A stretch of DNA of 63,845 nt, the filler included, from Octopus bimaculoides (lineage: Eukaryota): NCBI RefSeq assembly GCF_001194135.2. It is 7 parts of 6 records of this genome, joined end to end, with 100 filler letters (N's around TTAATTAATTAA, not from the genome) between each part and the next. Parts side by side here need not be neighbours in the genome. Positions count along the whole stretch, not along the records: positions 4,721 to 27,834 come from NC_068988.1; positions 27,935 to 36,928 come from NC_068991.1; 5 more parts are not named here. The stretch is one strand, 5' to 3'. A program made the position numbers and the translations under genes. The notes under the pieces are model-generated. The model searched no databases. It worked only from the letters and a program-made list of their open reading frames with translations, and was not told where the DNA came from. Positions 24,373-36,561 of the stretch are shown here, piece after piece (position 1 is the stretch's first letter; every line of letters starts with the position of its first letter).

Positions 24373-26381
24373 TTTTCGCTACTAGTAACATGGAATCCTG
24401 TACAACCTGTTGCATAGTAATATCGTGGACAAATAAACCGGCACCCACACCAGTCTAGCCTGGTGGGGAGGAAGGTTTCAAGAAATCTGCGATTGCATCT
24501 CATAATAATCTCCGAACGTTTGCTAATTAATCCTCCTTTGGATTGCAATATACACAGTATCTTCCAAACAAACATGTATACGATGTTATGTTTTTCTTTT
24601 TTGGAAACATTCATTCCCTTGAGGACATCCAGCTTTATTTCTACAATTGCATTTCTTATTATTATTATCAAATTGGTCAGTATTTGCGTTACTCATGTCA
24701 CTACCATCTCCATTATTAGTATATAATTATTATTTTTGCTGCTATCATTATTATTATAATTATTATTATTATCAATGTTATTATTATTACAATTGTTCTT
24801 ATATCCATCGTTATTATTACCAACATTATTATTGTTGCTAACATTGTTTATGTTACTCTTATGAATGTTAGTATAACCATTCCTCTTATTATAACTATGA
24901 TTATTTATGTGACTCATTTTACCACGAAGCTTGTTGACATTCTTATTTACTTGGTTAAATTTCCTATTATTAAATTTATGACTATAGCACTCCAAATTAT
25001 ATGATGCTGCATATATCTGTCGTATGCAATCTTGTGCTATCGCAACATTTCCAAGACTCCTGTGCATTAAGTGAATCGTGGTTCCAACAAGTAAATTATG
25101 TTTATGCGTTCCAAGTAGTTGGCTACCGTTTTACACTTAAGTAACTAATATTTTGCATAGGAGAACGATTTTTCACAGAGGAGCTTAAAGGTTATGAAGC
25201 ATTTTCTGAAATACGCTCTTTTTTATTTTTAGTATGAAACAGAAAACCGAAGAATAATGTATTCCACCCAAGTACTACAACAGACAATAGAAAACGTTGC
25301 TGATTGCATGTTTTCTCCAGGTGATGCTTGTAAGTTAGTCAAAGCCTTGGCCAATTCTGGCCGGAAACTAAATATCTAAGTATAAATTAGAAGAGTAGTT
25401 TTTTTTTAATCCAATTAAATTCAATTAGATAAAAAAATAAAGTTAAAAATGTAAGAGTAAAATTTTATTTCAAGTTCTTTGTTCTTCGCATTTTTAGGAA
25501 ATACATCTTGAACTGTCTTCTGAATTACTTGGATGCCACAACTGAGAACCAAGACCAACTGAAGATTGTCAACATCCATTTAATGCAATTTACCAAAAGT
25601 AGGTGGAGTAATTTTCAGTTCTCCGCTTGGGCTCACACTTCCGACATTATTATATATAGATAGAATTGAAAACAATGTGATTGCTGAATGTAACCATTTC
25701 CTATATTTCATATCCATTCTGACTTATATGAAAAACGCAGATAGTTAAACCTTGTAGCGAGACTTTGGCTAGATTAGAATCACCTCAATACGATTTTCAG
25801 CTTAGAATCACTGCCGAATTATATCGTCATAAAAAGCATTAACAGCCTCAAGAGAATGGGACTTCAAGGTAAATGTTTTCCGATCAACCAGCGTCGATGG
25901 ACATGTAACAATTAACGGTGGCAGACATCAAAAGAAAAGTTTGGCGGGAATATGTAAAATTCCCGCCAAATTGCATTTTCGAATGTTATAGAAATTTTCC
26001 TCGGAGTTTTAGAAAGTTAGAGATTCGAACCCTCTAGCAGAGCCAACTTAGATTCTACACAGAGAATGTACTTTCCACGAGACTACTTTCGTTTTCTTCC
26101 ACTTGTCCTTGCATACATTGTACACATTGTACACATCATAACATTGTACACAATGTTCGACGAAGATAATTATCCGTATGTTGTAATGTCGAAAAACATA
26201 AATATATACATGCAGACATCATTCTCTATAATTACCCTCTTTATTCTCGATTATCTTCTGAATAATAGACACATGACATAACAGATAACCCTATAGCTTT
26301 CTCTTTATCTTCCATATTGTAAAGTTTTAACTATCCTACATTCTCGCAAAAATGCTTTTCGATAAAATGTATGAATTTATG

Positions 26382-26427
<46 letters not shown>

Positions 26428-26428
<1 letters not shown>

Positions 26429-26575
26429 TTGACGGGCTTCCACACAATTTCCATCTGCCAAATTTACTCACAAAGCATTAGCCGGTCCGGAGCTATAGCA
26501 GAAGACACTTGCCTAAGGTGCCGCACACTGAGACTAAACACGTGAATACAAAGCGAGCTTCTTCACCACACAGCT
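26428..26575 (-). mobile_element. SINE family A 5' half
   Basis: Reverse complement of A head and core, diverged. Confidence 0.75.
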
Positions 26576-27628
26576 CCCTCTCTCTATCTGTCTATCTATC
26601 TATTTATCTCTATCTATCTCGCCTTCTCTCTTTCTTCTTTTTCATTCTTCTCTCCCCCTCCCTCTCCATCTCTCACGACAGAATTTGAACTAAGGGACAG
26701 TAACTGAATATCAAAGGAATTTAGTCCGACGCTCTGACGATTCGGCATCGAAATGTTTTACGAATTCCTCTTTACAAAGTTTCGAGAAACTTTTTTTTAA
26801 TTCTTTCAATGAAAAAAAGAACAATAAAACTTAGGTCAAACGAAGAATAATAAAGAAAGGCAGCATGGGAAAATGGAAACTATCGGGTTAAGAGCAAGAG
26901 TGAAATACAGAAGCAAACAAAACGACAAAGAGAAGCAGACTACACAACGATCAATAAACTTGAGTATAAGAGGAAAGACGCAACATATATATATATAAGG
27001 GAAGTAAAATTATATCAGCTGAAAATGAAGATAATAATTTACCTGTGTTTGTCATGCAGTTTACACCGCCATGTAAACCTGGAAGTCGTGTTGACAAAAT
27101 ATCGACATGACTACGTGATCCATTACCTTAGTCTGATGACGTAAGACATCCAACCGCATATTAATGACGCGCCTGTGTGAACTATACTATTCTGGAAACA
27201 ATGGTTGAGAATATTTTCACATTCTCACTAAAATGCTTCTCTCTCGATTGTCGCTGTTCCTTTTGTTCGTTAAATATCTGCTGTTCATCTTCTTGTAAAT
27301 TGAAAATTGTTCAAAAATAAGTTATTCAACAATCTTTGGCGGTTTTATTATTTTTTTTATTTTTTTAGATCAACCTGTTGTGGTTTTTAATTCTATTTTG
27401 TTTTAAGTCAAGATATTGTTTTCTGATTTTCTACCTAAGCGTATTACTATTTTCCATAATACAACGGTTTTGTGACCATTATTTAATCAATTTACTAACG
27501 AAATGGGTTTCTTGTCCATATCTACACAATGTTTCGATATAAATTTAGTGAAATCTGAGAAGCTGACAATATCTGCTCGTGAATAGATAGGCACCTGAAA
27601 GAATTTGTGAAAACGTGGTACATGCTAC

Positions 27629-27677
<49 letters not shown>

Positions 27678-27699
27678 CTGTGTGTATGTATATATATAT

Positions 27700-27746
<47 letters not shown>

Positions 27747-27834
27747 TATATACACACACAGACACACACAAACAGACACACATACATACACACATACATA
27801 CACACACATATACATGCATGCCTGTGTATATGTA

Positions 27835-27934
27835 NNNNNNNNNNNNNNNNNNNNNNNNNNNNNNNNNNNNNNNNNNNNTTAATTAATTAANNNNNNNNNN
27901 NNNNNNNNNNNNNNNNNNNNNNNNNNNNNNNNNN
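27835..27934. other. Artificial scaffold-join spacer
   Basis: N44-TTAATTAATTAA-N44. Confidence 0.95.
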
Positions 27935-28065
27935 TTTCTGCTAGTTGTAAATAACTTCTTCAACGAGATGTCAAACTGTGTAGGCTATATACATACATAC
28001 ATGCATGCATACATACATACATACATGCATACATACATACACACACACACACATACATACATACA

Positions 28066-28099
<34 letters not shown>

Positions 28100-28109
28100 C
28101 ACACATGTA

Positions 28110-28499
28110 TCGTCGTCGTGGTACTCCGTCAGTTGCGAGGACGAGGATTCTAGTTGATCCGATCAACGGAACAGCCTGCTCGTGAAATTAACGTGCAAAT
28201 GGCTGAGCACTCCACAGACACGTGTACCATTAACGTAGTTCTCGGGAAAATTCAGCGTGATACAGAGTGTGACAAGGCTGACACTTTGAATTACAGGTAC
28301 AACAGAAACAGGAAGTAAGAGTGAGAGAAAGTTGTGGTGAAAGAGTACAGCAGGGGTCGCCACCATCCCCTGCCGGAGCCTCGTGGATCTTTAGGTGTTT
28401 TTGCTCAAGAAACATTCACAACACCCGGTCTGGGAATCGAAACCGCAATCCTATGACCGCGAGTCTGCTACACTAACCATTGGGCCATTGCGCCTCAAC
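28110..28499 (-). mobile_element. tRNA-derived SINE family C, near full length
   Basis: Minus-strand head GAGGCGCAATGGCCCAATGGTTAG (A-box) and GGTTTCGATTCCC (B-box); the body is shared with the 15385-15915 fragments. Confidence 0.85.
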
Positions 28500-28854
28500 N
28501 NNNNNNNNNNNNNNNNNNNNNNNNNNNNNNNNNNNNNNNNNNNNNNNNNNNNNNNNNNNNNNNNNNNNNNNNNNNNNNNNNNNNNNNNNNNNNNNNNNNN
28601 NNNNNNNNNNNNNNNNNNNNNNNNNNNNNNNNNNNNNNNNNNNNNNNNNNNNNNNNNNNNNNNNNNNNNNNNNNNNNNNNNNNNNNNNNNNNNNNNNNNN
28701 NNNNNNNNNNNNNNNNNNNNNNNNNNNNNNNNNNNNNNNNNNNNNNNNNNNNNNNACACACACACACACACACACACACACACAAGCACACACACATACA
28801 TAATCTGTTTATTCTAATTTATATCTCTCTTAAATAGATATTATTTTATTATTT

Positions 28855-29050
28855 TATTCTTTTACTTGTTTCAGTCATTTGATTGCGGCCATGCTGGAAC
28901 ACCACCTTAAAGGGTTTTAGTGGAAGAAATTGACCCCAAGACTTATTCTTTGTAAGCCTATTACTTATTCTACCGGTCTCTTTTTGCCGACCCGTTATGT
29001 TACGGGGACATAAACACACCAGCCACACACAAGCTTTTTACCACACAACT
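28855..29050 (-). mobile_element. SINE family A 3' half
   Basis: Reverse complement of A tail. Confidence 0.8.
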
Positions 29051-30153
29051 ACGCCTTGCAATTTCTGAATTTCAGGGCATTGAAACTCTGTGACAGTCGA
29101 TTTAAATATCAAAAAATCATTGTCTTAACTTTTTAAGAAAAGTTTTCCCCAACCGTTTGTCTTTGAAAATATAATTGCGACGGTTATTCTTTTCTTCGGT
29201 TTTTTTTCTTCAACCAAAATGCTATCGATTAGTTTGTCTTTTAACGAACGTGTTTACCAACGAATGTGTCCTTCGATCAATTTTCTTCCGGTCAATGTTT
29301 TGAGGAGCACGTTTTCTACGAATGTAACTGGTATCTAACTAACATTCACCCGTGCGTGTATGTTGGTTTGTTCAACTAAACCAATCATCGTGTCCCCCTC
29401 ATGGCCGCAATCCAGTGATTGAAACAAGTAAAAGGCAAGTCATGCACCAAACTACAGAAGACGAGAAGAACTTAAAACAATGAACAATACATCAAACACA
29501 TTTAGACAGAATTCCTCCATTAACTTCTAAGCAAGACGATATTATTTTTAGTAATCAGCATTCATGAAAGTGTGAGTTAGTTATCATAGGTCTAGTGTTT
29601 ACTAACATAGTTCATATGAAAACATCACGTTGTTCTTTCTCTTAGTGAATCCGGTTAAAAGTTTTCCCATGAAATGACACAAATAGGTTTCGTTTTAATA
29701 CAGAAATAGGTTTAGAATAGAATCAAGCGTGGTACAGAGAGAAAAATCGAGAGGCATAAAGAAAAATCGGAAGGCATAGAGAAATATCGAAAGTGTATAC
29801 AAATATAAGAGAAAGAGAATAAAAAGAAATGAGTATTTGAGTGTGTGTGTGGGTGTGGATGTGTTTGAATGCAGGTATATATATGTGTATATGTGTGTAT
29901 GTTTGAGCGTATGTATATATGCGCATATGAATGTATGTGTGCGTGAGTGCGCGTATGTATATGTGTGTGTATGCAAAAGAGAATTCGTATGTGTATGTGT
30001 GCGATGTGTCTATATGTATATGTATGAGTGTGTGTGAGTGTGTGCATGGTGTGTGTGAGTGCATGCGTGTGACGTATGAAACGGTGATAATGAGAAATAC
30101 CAACGAAAATGTGAAAACCAAAAATTAGGGGGAAATAAATTTAGCATCTAAAC

Positions 30154-30348
30154 CAGCGGTTCTCAACCACAGCTACTAGGGCTGCATGCGTCCCTTAAGC
30201 ATCCTTCCGGTTGCCCTTGAGTCTTCCTTCCATAAATGTAATAATGTTTTCTTTAATTGACTTGTGTTTTGCATTATTTAGGGTCAATCTCCTAAGAGAG
30301 TTCCAGGTGTTGGATCTGGCTGCATGCTAAAAAGGTTGAAAACAGCTA
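30154..30348. mobile_element. hAT-Charlie-type MITE (195 bp)
   Basis: TIRs CAGCGGTTCTCAACC / GGTTGAAAACAGCTA; 8-bp target duplication ATCTAAAC (30146-30153) / ATTTAAAC (30349-30356). Confidence 0.85.
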
Positions 30349-30524
30349 ATTTAAACTTTTTGAACTTGCGAAACTTAACTTGACTCGATATGTTGGAAGC
30401 CCCAGCAAGGCCGCGGTCACTTGACTGAAACAACTAAAAGAGATAAACGAGATATCTGAATTCTGACGTACCATTCATGATTTTCTATAGTTAGTAATTG
30501 CTCACTAAACTATTATAAATTCTT

Positions 30525-30895
30525 TACATGGTTCCGGGTTCATTCCCATTGCGTGGCACCTTGGGTAAGTGTCTTCTACTATAGCCTCGGGCCGACCAAA
30601 GCCTTGTGAGTGGATTTGTCAGACGGAAACTGAAAGAAGCCCGTCGTATATATGTATATATATATATGTATGAGTGTGTATATGTTTCTGTGTCTGTGTT
30701 TGTCCTCCCCCCCAACATCGCTTGACAACCGATGGTGGTGTGTTTACGTTCCCGTAACTTAGCGGTTCGGCAAAAGAGACCGATATAATAAGTACTAGGC
30801 TTCCAAAGAATAAGTTCCGGGGTCGATTTGCTCGACTAAAGGCGGTGCTCCAGCATGGTCACAGTCAAATGACTGAAACAAGTAAAAAAGAAAGA
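30525..30895 (+). mobile_element. SINE family A, young copy lacking the extreme 5' end
   Basis: Close match to the family A pattern. Confidence 0.9.
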
Positions 30896-30904
30896 ATAAT
30901 AATA

Positions 30905-31320
30905 ATCCTTTCTACTGAAGGCACAAGAGGGGTCTAGTCGATTACATCGACTCCAGTGTTTCATTGATACTTATTTTATCGACCAGAAAGGATGAAAGTA
31001 AAGTCGACCTCAGCGGGATTTGAACTCAAGACATGAAGATAGACGAAATGCCACTAAGTATTTCTTCCGGCCTGCTAACGATTCTGCCAGCTCAGTGCCT
31101 TAATAATCCTTTCTTATATATAAGCACAAGGTCTGTAATTTGGAGGAGGAGAGTAGTCGATTACACTGACCCCGTACACAACTGGTACTTATTTCATCGA
31201 CACCGAAAAGATGAAAGGCAAAATCGACCTCGGCGGAAATTGAACTCAGAACGTAAAGACGGGCGAAATACCGCTAAGCATTACGTCCGGCACGCTAACG
31301 ATTCCGTCAACTCGCTACCT
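30905..31320 (-). mobile_element. Two tandem SINE family B copies
   Basis: Two head/core/tail units on the minus strand. Confidence 0.85.
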
Positions 31321-31325
31321 TAATG

Positions 31326-31398
<73 letters not shown>

Positions 31399-31413
31399 CA
31401 ACAACAATAATAA

Positions 31414-31720
31414 TACATCCTAAACAAAAAAAACAATCTACAAACACAAGATACAGCAAATATCCAATAAAATAAACTACCATCAGCAAGCTGGATACCC
31501 ATCGCATTACACACACAAAACACTATACAAGCACTAATACAAAAAAAAAGACAGCACCACGCTTCATATAAAAAATAGAAACTGACGCAGTACAATACCG
31601 AGAAGAGTTTGCACACTTCCGAGAACAAAAGAGAACACAGAATGCTGCACACATCCCAGCAACACGGAGGTGAAGCAGGTGATGCAGTAGGAATATGCCT
31701 AAGCTACGAAATGTTGAACA
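31414..31720 (+). mobile_element. R4/Dong-type LINE 3' UTR fragment
   Basis: Starts near the ..HIL.. terminal codons and ends TGAACAAT plus (AAT)n, like the 32465-32703 copy. Confidence 0.55.
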
Positions 31721-31740
31721 ATGATAATAATGATAATAAT

Positions 31741-32398
31741 AGGGTGAAATGGTATGGCGCATTGTTAGCGAATGCACGAAATTTGTACAACGTGATTACA
31801 AAAGACATGACAATGTGGTAAGAATGATCCATTGGAAACTCTGAGAAAAATTACAGCATACAAAGAAGAAAGACGTGATATGAACAAATCCCAGGAAGTG
31901 TTACCGAGAGTGAAGACTACAAAATCCTGTACAATGCACTGTTTCAGTGTGACCATCAGATAAGATATCTGAAACCTGACATTGTTGTGGTGACCAAAAA
32001 AGGAAAAAAAAAACAAAAAAAAAAAACAATTTCCATGATAATCGACTTAGCATGTCCTGCTGGCAACAAGATCAAATTGAAAAAAGAAGAGTAATTGAAC
32101 AACTATGACGATTTGAAGTGGGAAACACGCAGGTTGTGAGCAATGAAGAGAGTGGATGTGATACCAGTTGTAATTGGTACACTTGGCAGTGTCAACACTC
32201 ATCTCCAAACGTGACTCAGAAAGATTGGTACAAATGTGAAGATAGAATACGTGCAAAAATCAGCATTGTTTAAAACTGCAAGAGTTCTCCGCAGGGTTCT
32301 TGGAGCATGAACTGTAAACAAATGTCACATTGTCTACTGGCTGTGAACAGCTGACACCTTCCATCATACCCAGTAAAATAAGCTGAGAGTTTTAATCA

Positions 32399-32400
<2 letters not shown>
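31741..32400 (+). mobile_element. R4/Dong-type LINE 3' fragment (restriction-like endonuclease domain)
   Basis: GEMVWRIVSEC..KRHDNVVRMIHWKL..YLKPDIVVV..IIDLACP..DVIPVVIGTLG..KTARVLRRVLGA*, with stops; (AAT)n tail. Confidence 0.85.
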
Positions 32401-32456
<56 letters not shown>

Positions 32457-32464
32457 GTAGTAGT

Positions 32465-32703
32465 AGGTACCTTAAGTATAATAAAAAAATATTCAGACAA
32501 ATACATAACAAAAACACCAGGACTTACAAATATATCTAACATACAGAAAATTGCACTACTGAGCACTGCACACATCCTACGCAAAACACTTTCAATACAG
32601 TAACCATAAGAGCATCACAGCAAACCACAGCACATACCCAAGGCACACAGAGCTGCGCTCGGTAGTGAAATGAAAGCACGTTATAAAAATAAAACTACTG
32701 AAC
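32465..32703 (+). mobile_element. R4/Dong-type LINE 3' tip (another family)
   Basis: GTLSIIKKYSDKYITKTPGLTNISNIQKIALLSTAHILRKTLSIQ*, then UTR and (AAT)n. Confidence 0.85.
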
Positions 32704-32745
<42 letters not shown>

Positions 32746-33223
32746 TGTTTCTTTATTGGCCACGAGGACCGAACACAAAACAAATAGGGACAATACAAAA
32801 TGGGACACGTTGGGTTTAACACATAAACAATAAAATAACAACAACAATACAAAACAATTAAACAATGAACTCACACCTCTAAAGGGAGGAGTTCCTTACA
32901 GGGACACTCGAGAAACCCCCACACATACTGGTTATGCCCGACCGCCAAGTGCACTTCAGCGCGCACCTCTCTCCTTCTCAACTCCTCCGGTTTACAAGCG
33001 GAAGTTCGGGGTAGGCGTATTGACACGGGCCATGCTCACCACATTCATCCACCTTTCAACAAAATTACTGGGGAGCAGAACTTCCCTCTCCACCCTCATT
33101 TTTTTTCTTCAACTGGAACTTGAAAAAGTGGATGAGGGCTTGAGCGAAGAAGAAAGTATCTGTCTTCAGCCCTTTCAATCTCGTCCACCACACTACCTCC
33201 TACGCCATAGCCACCAGACAGAG

Positions 33224-33224
<1 letters not shown>
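32746..33224 (-). mobile_element. Tx1/L1-clade LINE 3' fragment
   Basis: Minus strand CLVAMA*EVVWWTRLKGLKTDTFFFAQALIHFFKFQLKKKMRVEREVLLPSNFVERW (L1/Tx1 ORF2 C-terminus pattern); 3' end GGCCAATAAAGAAACAATTATT; flanked by (AAT)n on both sides. Confidence 0.7.
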
Positions 33225-33270
<46 letters not shown>

Positions 33271-34179
33271 NNNNNNNNNNNNNNNNNNNNNNNNNNNNNN
33301 NNNNNNNNNNNNNNNNNNNNNNNNNNNNNNNNNNNNNNNNNNNNNNNNNNNNNNNNNNNNNNNNNNNNNNNNNNNNNNNNNNNNNNNNNNNNNNNNNNNN
33401 NNNNNNNNNNNNNNNNNNNNNNNNNNNNNNNNNNNNNNNNNNNNNNNNNNNNNNNNNNNNNNNNNNNNNNNNNNNNNNNNNNNNNNNNNNNNNNNNNNNN
33501 NNNNNNNNNNNNNNNNNNNNNNNNNNNNNNNNNNNNNNNNNNNNNNNNNNNNNNNNNNNNNNNNNNNNNNNNNNNNNNNNNNNNNNNNNNNNNNNNNNNN
33601 NNNNNNNNNNNNNNNNNNNNNNNNNNNNNNNNNNNNNNNNNNNNNNNNNNNNNNNNNNNNNNNNNNNNNNNNNNNNNNNNNNNNNNNNNNNNNNNNNNNN
33701 NNNNNNNNNNNNNNNNNNNNNNNNNNNNNNNNNNNNNNNNNNNNNNNNNNNNNNNNNNNNNNNNNNNNNNNNNNNNNNNNNNNNNNNNNNNNNNNNNNNN
33801 NNNNNNNNNNNNNNNNNNNNNNNNNNNNNNNNNNNNNNNNNNNNNNNNNNNNNNNNNNNNNNNNNNNNNNNNNNNNNNNNNNNNNNNNNNNNNNNNNNNN
33901 NNNNNNNNNNNNNNNNNNNNNNNNNNNNNNNNNNNNNNNNNNNNNNNNNNNNNNNNNNNNNNNNNNNNNNNNNNNNNNNNNNNNNNNNNNNNNNNNNNNN
34001 NNNNNNNNNNNNNNNNNNNNNNNNNNNNNNNNNNNNNNNNNNNNNNNNNNNNNNNNNNNNNNNNNNNNNNNNNNNNNNNNNNNNNNNNNNNNNNNNNNNN
34101 NNNNNNNNNNNNNNNNNNNNNNNNNNNNNNNNNNNNNNNNNNNNNNNNNNNNNNNNNNNNNNNNNNNNNNNNNNNNNNC

Positions 34180-34750
34180 CCCAGTACTTTACTACTCAAT
34201 TTATTGACACCGAAAGGATGAAAAGCAACGTCAACCTCGGCGGATTTTGAATTCAGAATGTAGCAACAGACGAAATACCTATTTCTTTACTGCCCACAAG
34301 GGGCTACACACAGAGGGGACAAACAAGGACAGACAAACGGATTAAGTCGATTATATCGACCCCAGTGCGTAACTGGTACTTAATTTATCGACCCCGAAAG
34401 GATGAAGGGCAAAGTCGACCTCGGCGGAATTTGAACTCAGAACGCAGTGGCAGACGAAATACCGCTAAGCATTTCGCCCGGCGTGCTAACGTTTCTGCCA
34501 GCTCGTATATTAATATTAGTAATATTCTCGCTGCCTTGATAATGATAATAATAACAATCCTTTCTACAGGAAACACAAGGCCTCAAATTTTTAAGTAAGG
34601 GATTCAGTCGATGTAATCGACCCCAGTGCGTAACTGGTACTTATTTAATCAACCCCGAAAGGATGAAAGGCAAAGTTGACCTCGGCGGAATTTGAACTCA
34701 GAACGTATCGTCGGGCGAAATACCGCTAAGCATTTCGTCCAGCGTGTTAA
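34180..34750 (-). mobile_element. Cluster of SINE family B copies including a tail-2 dimer-like unit (34180-34505)
   Basis: Three cores on the minus strand. Confidence 0.9.
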
Positions 34751-34751
34751 T

Positions 34752-35384
34752 GATATGCCCTGATGTAATACCAGACATAGGCTCTCGATGTCCTGATGCA
34801 ATACCAGGCAATGACTCACAATGCCATGGTGCAATACTATCAGTGGCTCTCATGACATCTGATCTTAACTGATTGGAAGTGTTATCATGTACATTGTTTT
34901 GTTTTGGTATAAGGGATGGGCTACAGCAAAATTTCTGCTCAATACCACAGATTTGCTTGTCAGTTGTTTGACCGTAACCAGTTGAACATGTCGTTTGGTG
35001 GCTGACGATATGTGCATCTCTGATCACGAGCAGAAGTAGTGGGAGAGCATCATAGCTATGGGTTGAGAAAAATTGTTTAGGGTTTGAATAATTCACCTCT
35101 GGAAACATGGGTGTTTCGTTCATCATCCTTAAACAACCCTTATTCAGGGACCTTTTGAGTTGGATGAGCTACTCAACCTGAAGAAAATTCTAACTGGGCC
35201 CCACCTACTAAGTCATGCGCTGTTTATCTTGATATAAGATCACCATGTCACGCACATATGGTTGTGATGCATGTGCCTGGTGTACCTTTATCAGACGGAG
35301 AGTCATGATGGGTACATTGAGCTTCGTATAATTGTACACCAGTATCACTTTGATGGCATGATGGCATGCGCTGCTCTCTCGCTC

Positions 35385-35385
<1 letters not shown>
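34752..35385 (+). mobile_element. Unclassified (AAT)n-tailed retroposon-like repeat with 3 x 33-bp units at its 5' end
   Basis: No convincing ORF; ends CTCTCTCGCTC then (AAT)n; 5' units ATGCCCTGATG(C/T)AATACCAG..GGCTCTC. Confidence 0.5.
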
Positions 35386-35433
<48 letters not shown>

Positions 35434-35489
35434 NNNNNNNNNNTAATAATAATAATAATAATAATAACAACCATAATAATAATAATAAT

Positions 35490-35682
35490 AATAGTTTCAA
35501 ATTTTGCAACGAGGGCGGTCATTTTGGGGGAGGGGATATGTCGATTACATCGACTCCAGTGTTCAAATTGTACTTAATTTATCGATCCCGAAAGGATGAA
35601 AGGCAAAATCGACCTCGGTGGAATTTGAACTCAGAACGTAGCGACGGAAAAACTGCTAAGCAGTTAGCCCGGCGTGCTTGTC
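35490..35682 (-). mobile_element. SINE family B
   Basis: Reverse complement of family B. Confidence 0.85.
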
Positions 35683-35689
35683 TAGCATA

Positions 35690-36290
35690 GAACTCTTGAC
35701 ATTTACGAGCTCCAATCACAGAACTACCAGATCTTCCTGCCTTTCTTTGCTTCTCTGAACGGTAGTGTGACTGTCTCTTTATCCTTCAGGAATTCCGGTG
35801 TTTCAGAGGTCTCACCTTTCTGTATACTTGGAAGGAACTTTGTCAGCCATCTGGACAACACATGATAATGTTTTCCTTTCAGCTCTTAGTAATGAGAAGG
35901 TCTTGAAATGTTCAATCTTAAAATTTTCCTCCCTAGGAATCCAAGCATCTTCAGTACATCTTCACTGTTTGGGGCACTTCTGTCCCCCAAATCACTTTCA
36001 GAATCATCCATAGCTGCAAAAAGTGGTCTCAGACATTATTTATAAGCATTATACGAGACCTTGCTGGGCCCAGAAGTAGACGCTGGTCTCGCTGCCTTAA
36101 CTTCTCCACCGGTTCCTTTATGCCGAACCCAAATTATTGGTAGTGCTGGATTTATCAGAATTTTGTCTTAGCCAAAACAGGATCACCCAGGATATTGCCA
36201 CAGTTGAATGTCTTTTTCTTAACCCTTGCCTTCCTTCGTCTTTTGCATCTTTCTGCTTTGCGAAGACTATGAGATCGATCATGTGATTAA
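35690..36290 (-). mobile_element. HERO-clade RLE LINE, RT N-terminal fragment, heavily degraded
   Basis: Minus strand: SLRKAERCKRRRKARVKK..RPASTSGPSKVSYNAYK..DAWIPREENFKIEHFKTFSLLRAERK..EDLVVL*LELVN, matching the HERO-type RT domain 0-2 pattern. Confidence 0.7.
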
Positions 36291-36561
36291 TGTATAATTA
36301 CTCCCTCTAAACGTAAAATCTACTAACAAAAAGCAAAGGAGTTAACACCAATAAAGTCAACTGATTGTTATTTATAGACATTCCAAAAGAGAGTAAATTT
36401 GATTTTTAAAGCCAACTGGTGAAAACAAGACATATTTCAGTTTTATTGTATCTCTTTAGTAAAATATATTTGACTCAGTTAACAAAACGAAGGGTGATGA
36501 CGGTATACATAAAGGAGCATAAGCAAAATAGTGTTATAATAAACGTCAATGATTTAGCTAA

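Noticed and set aside
24693-25067. 124-aa Asn-rich ORF, possible Penelope linker
   Set aside because: No Penelope motifs on either side; consistent with a decayed (ATT)n tract.
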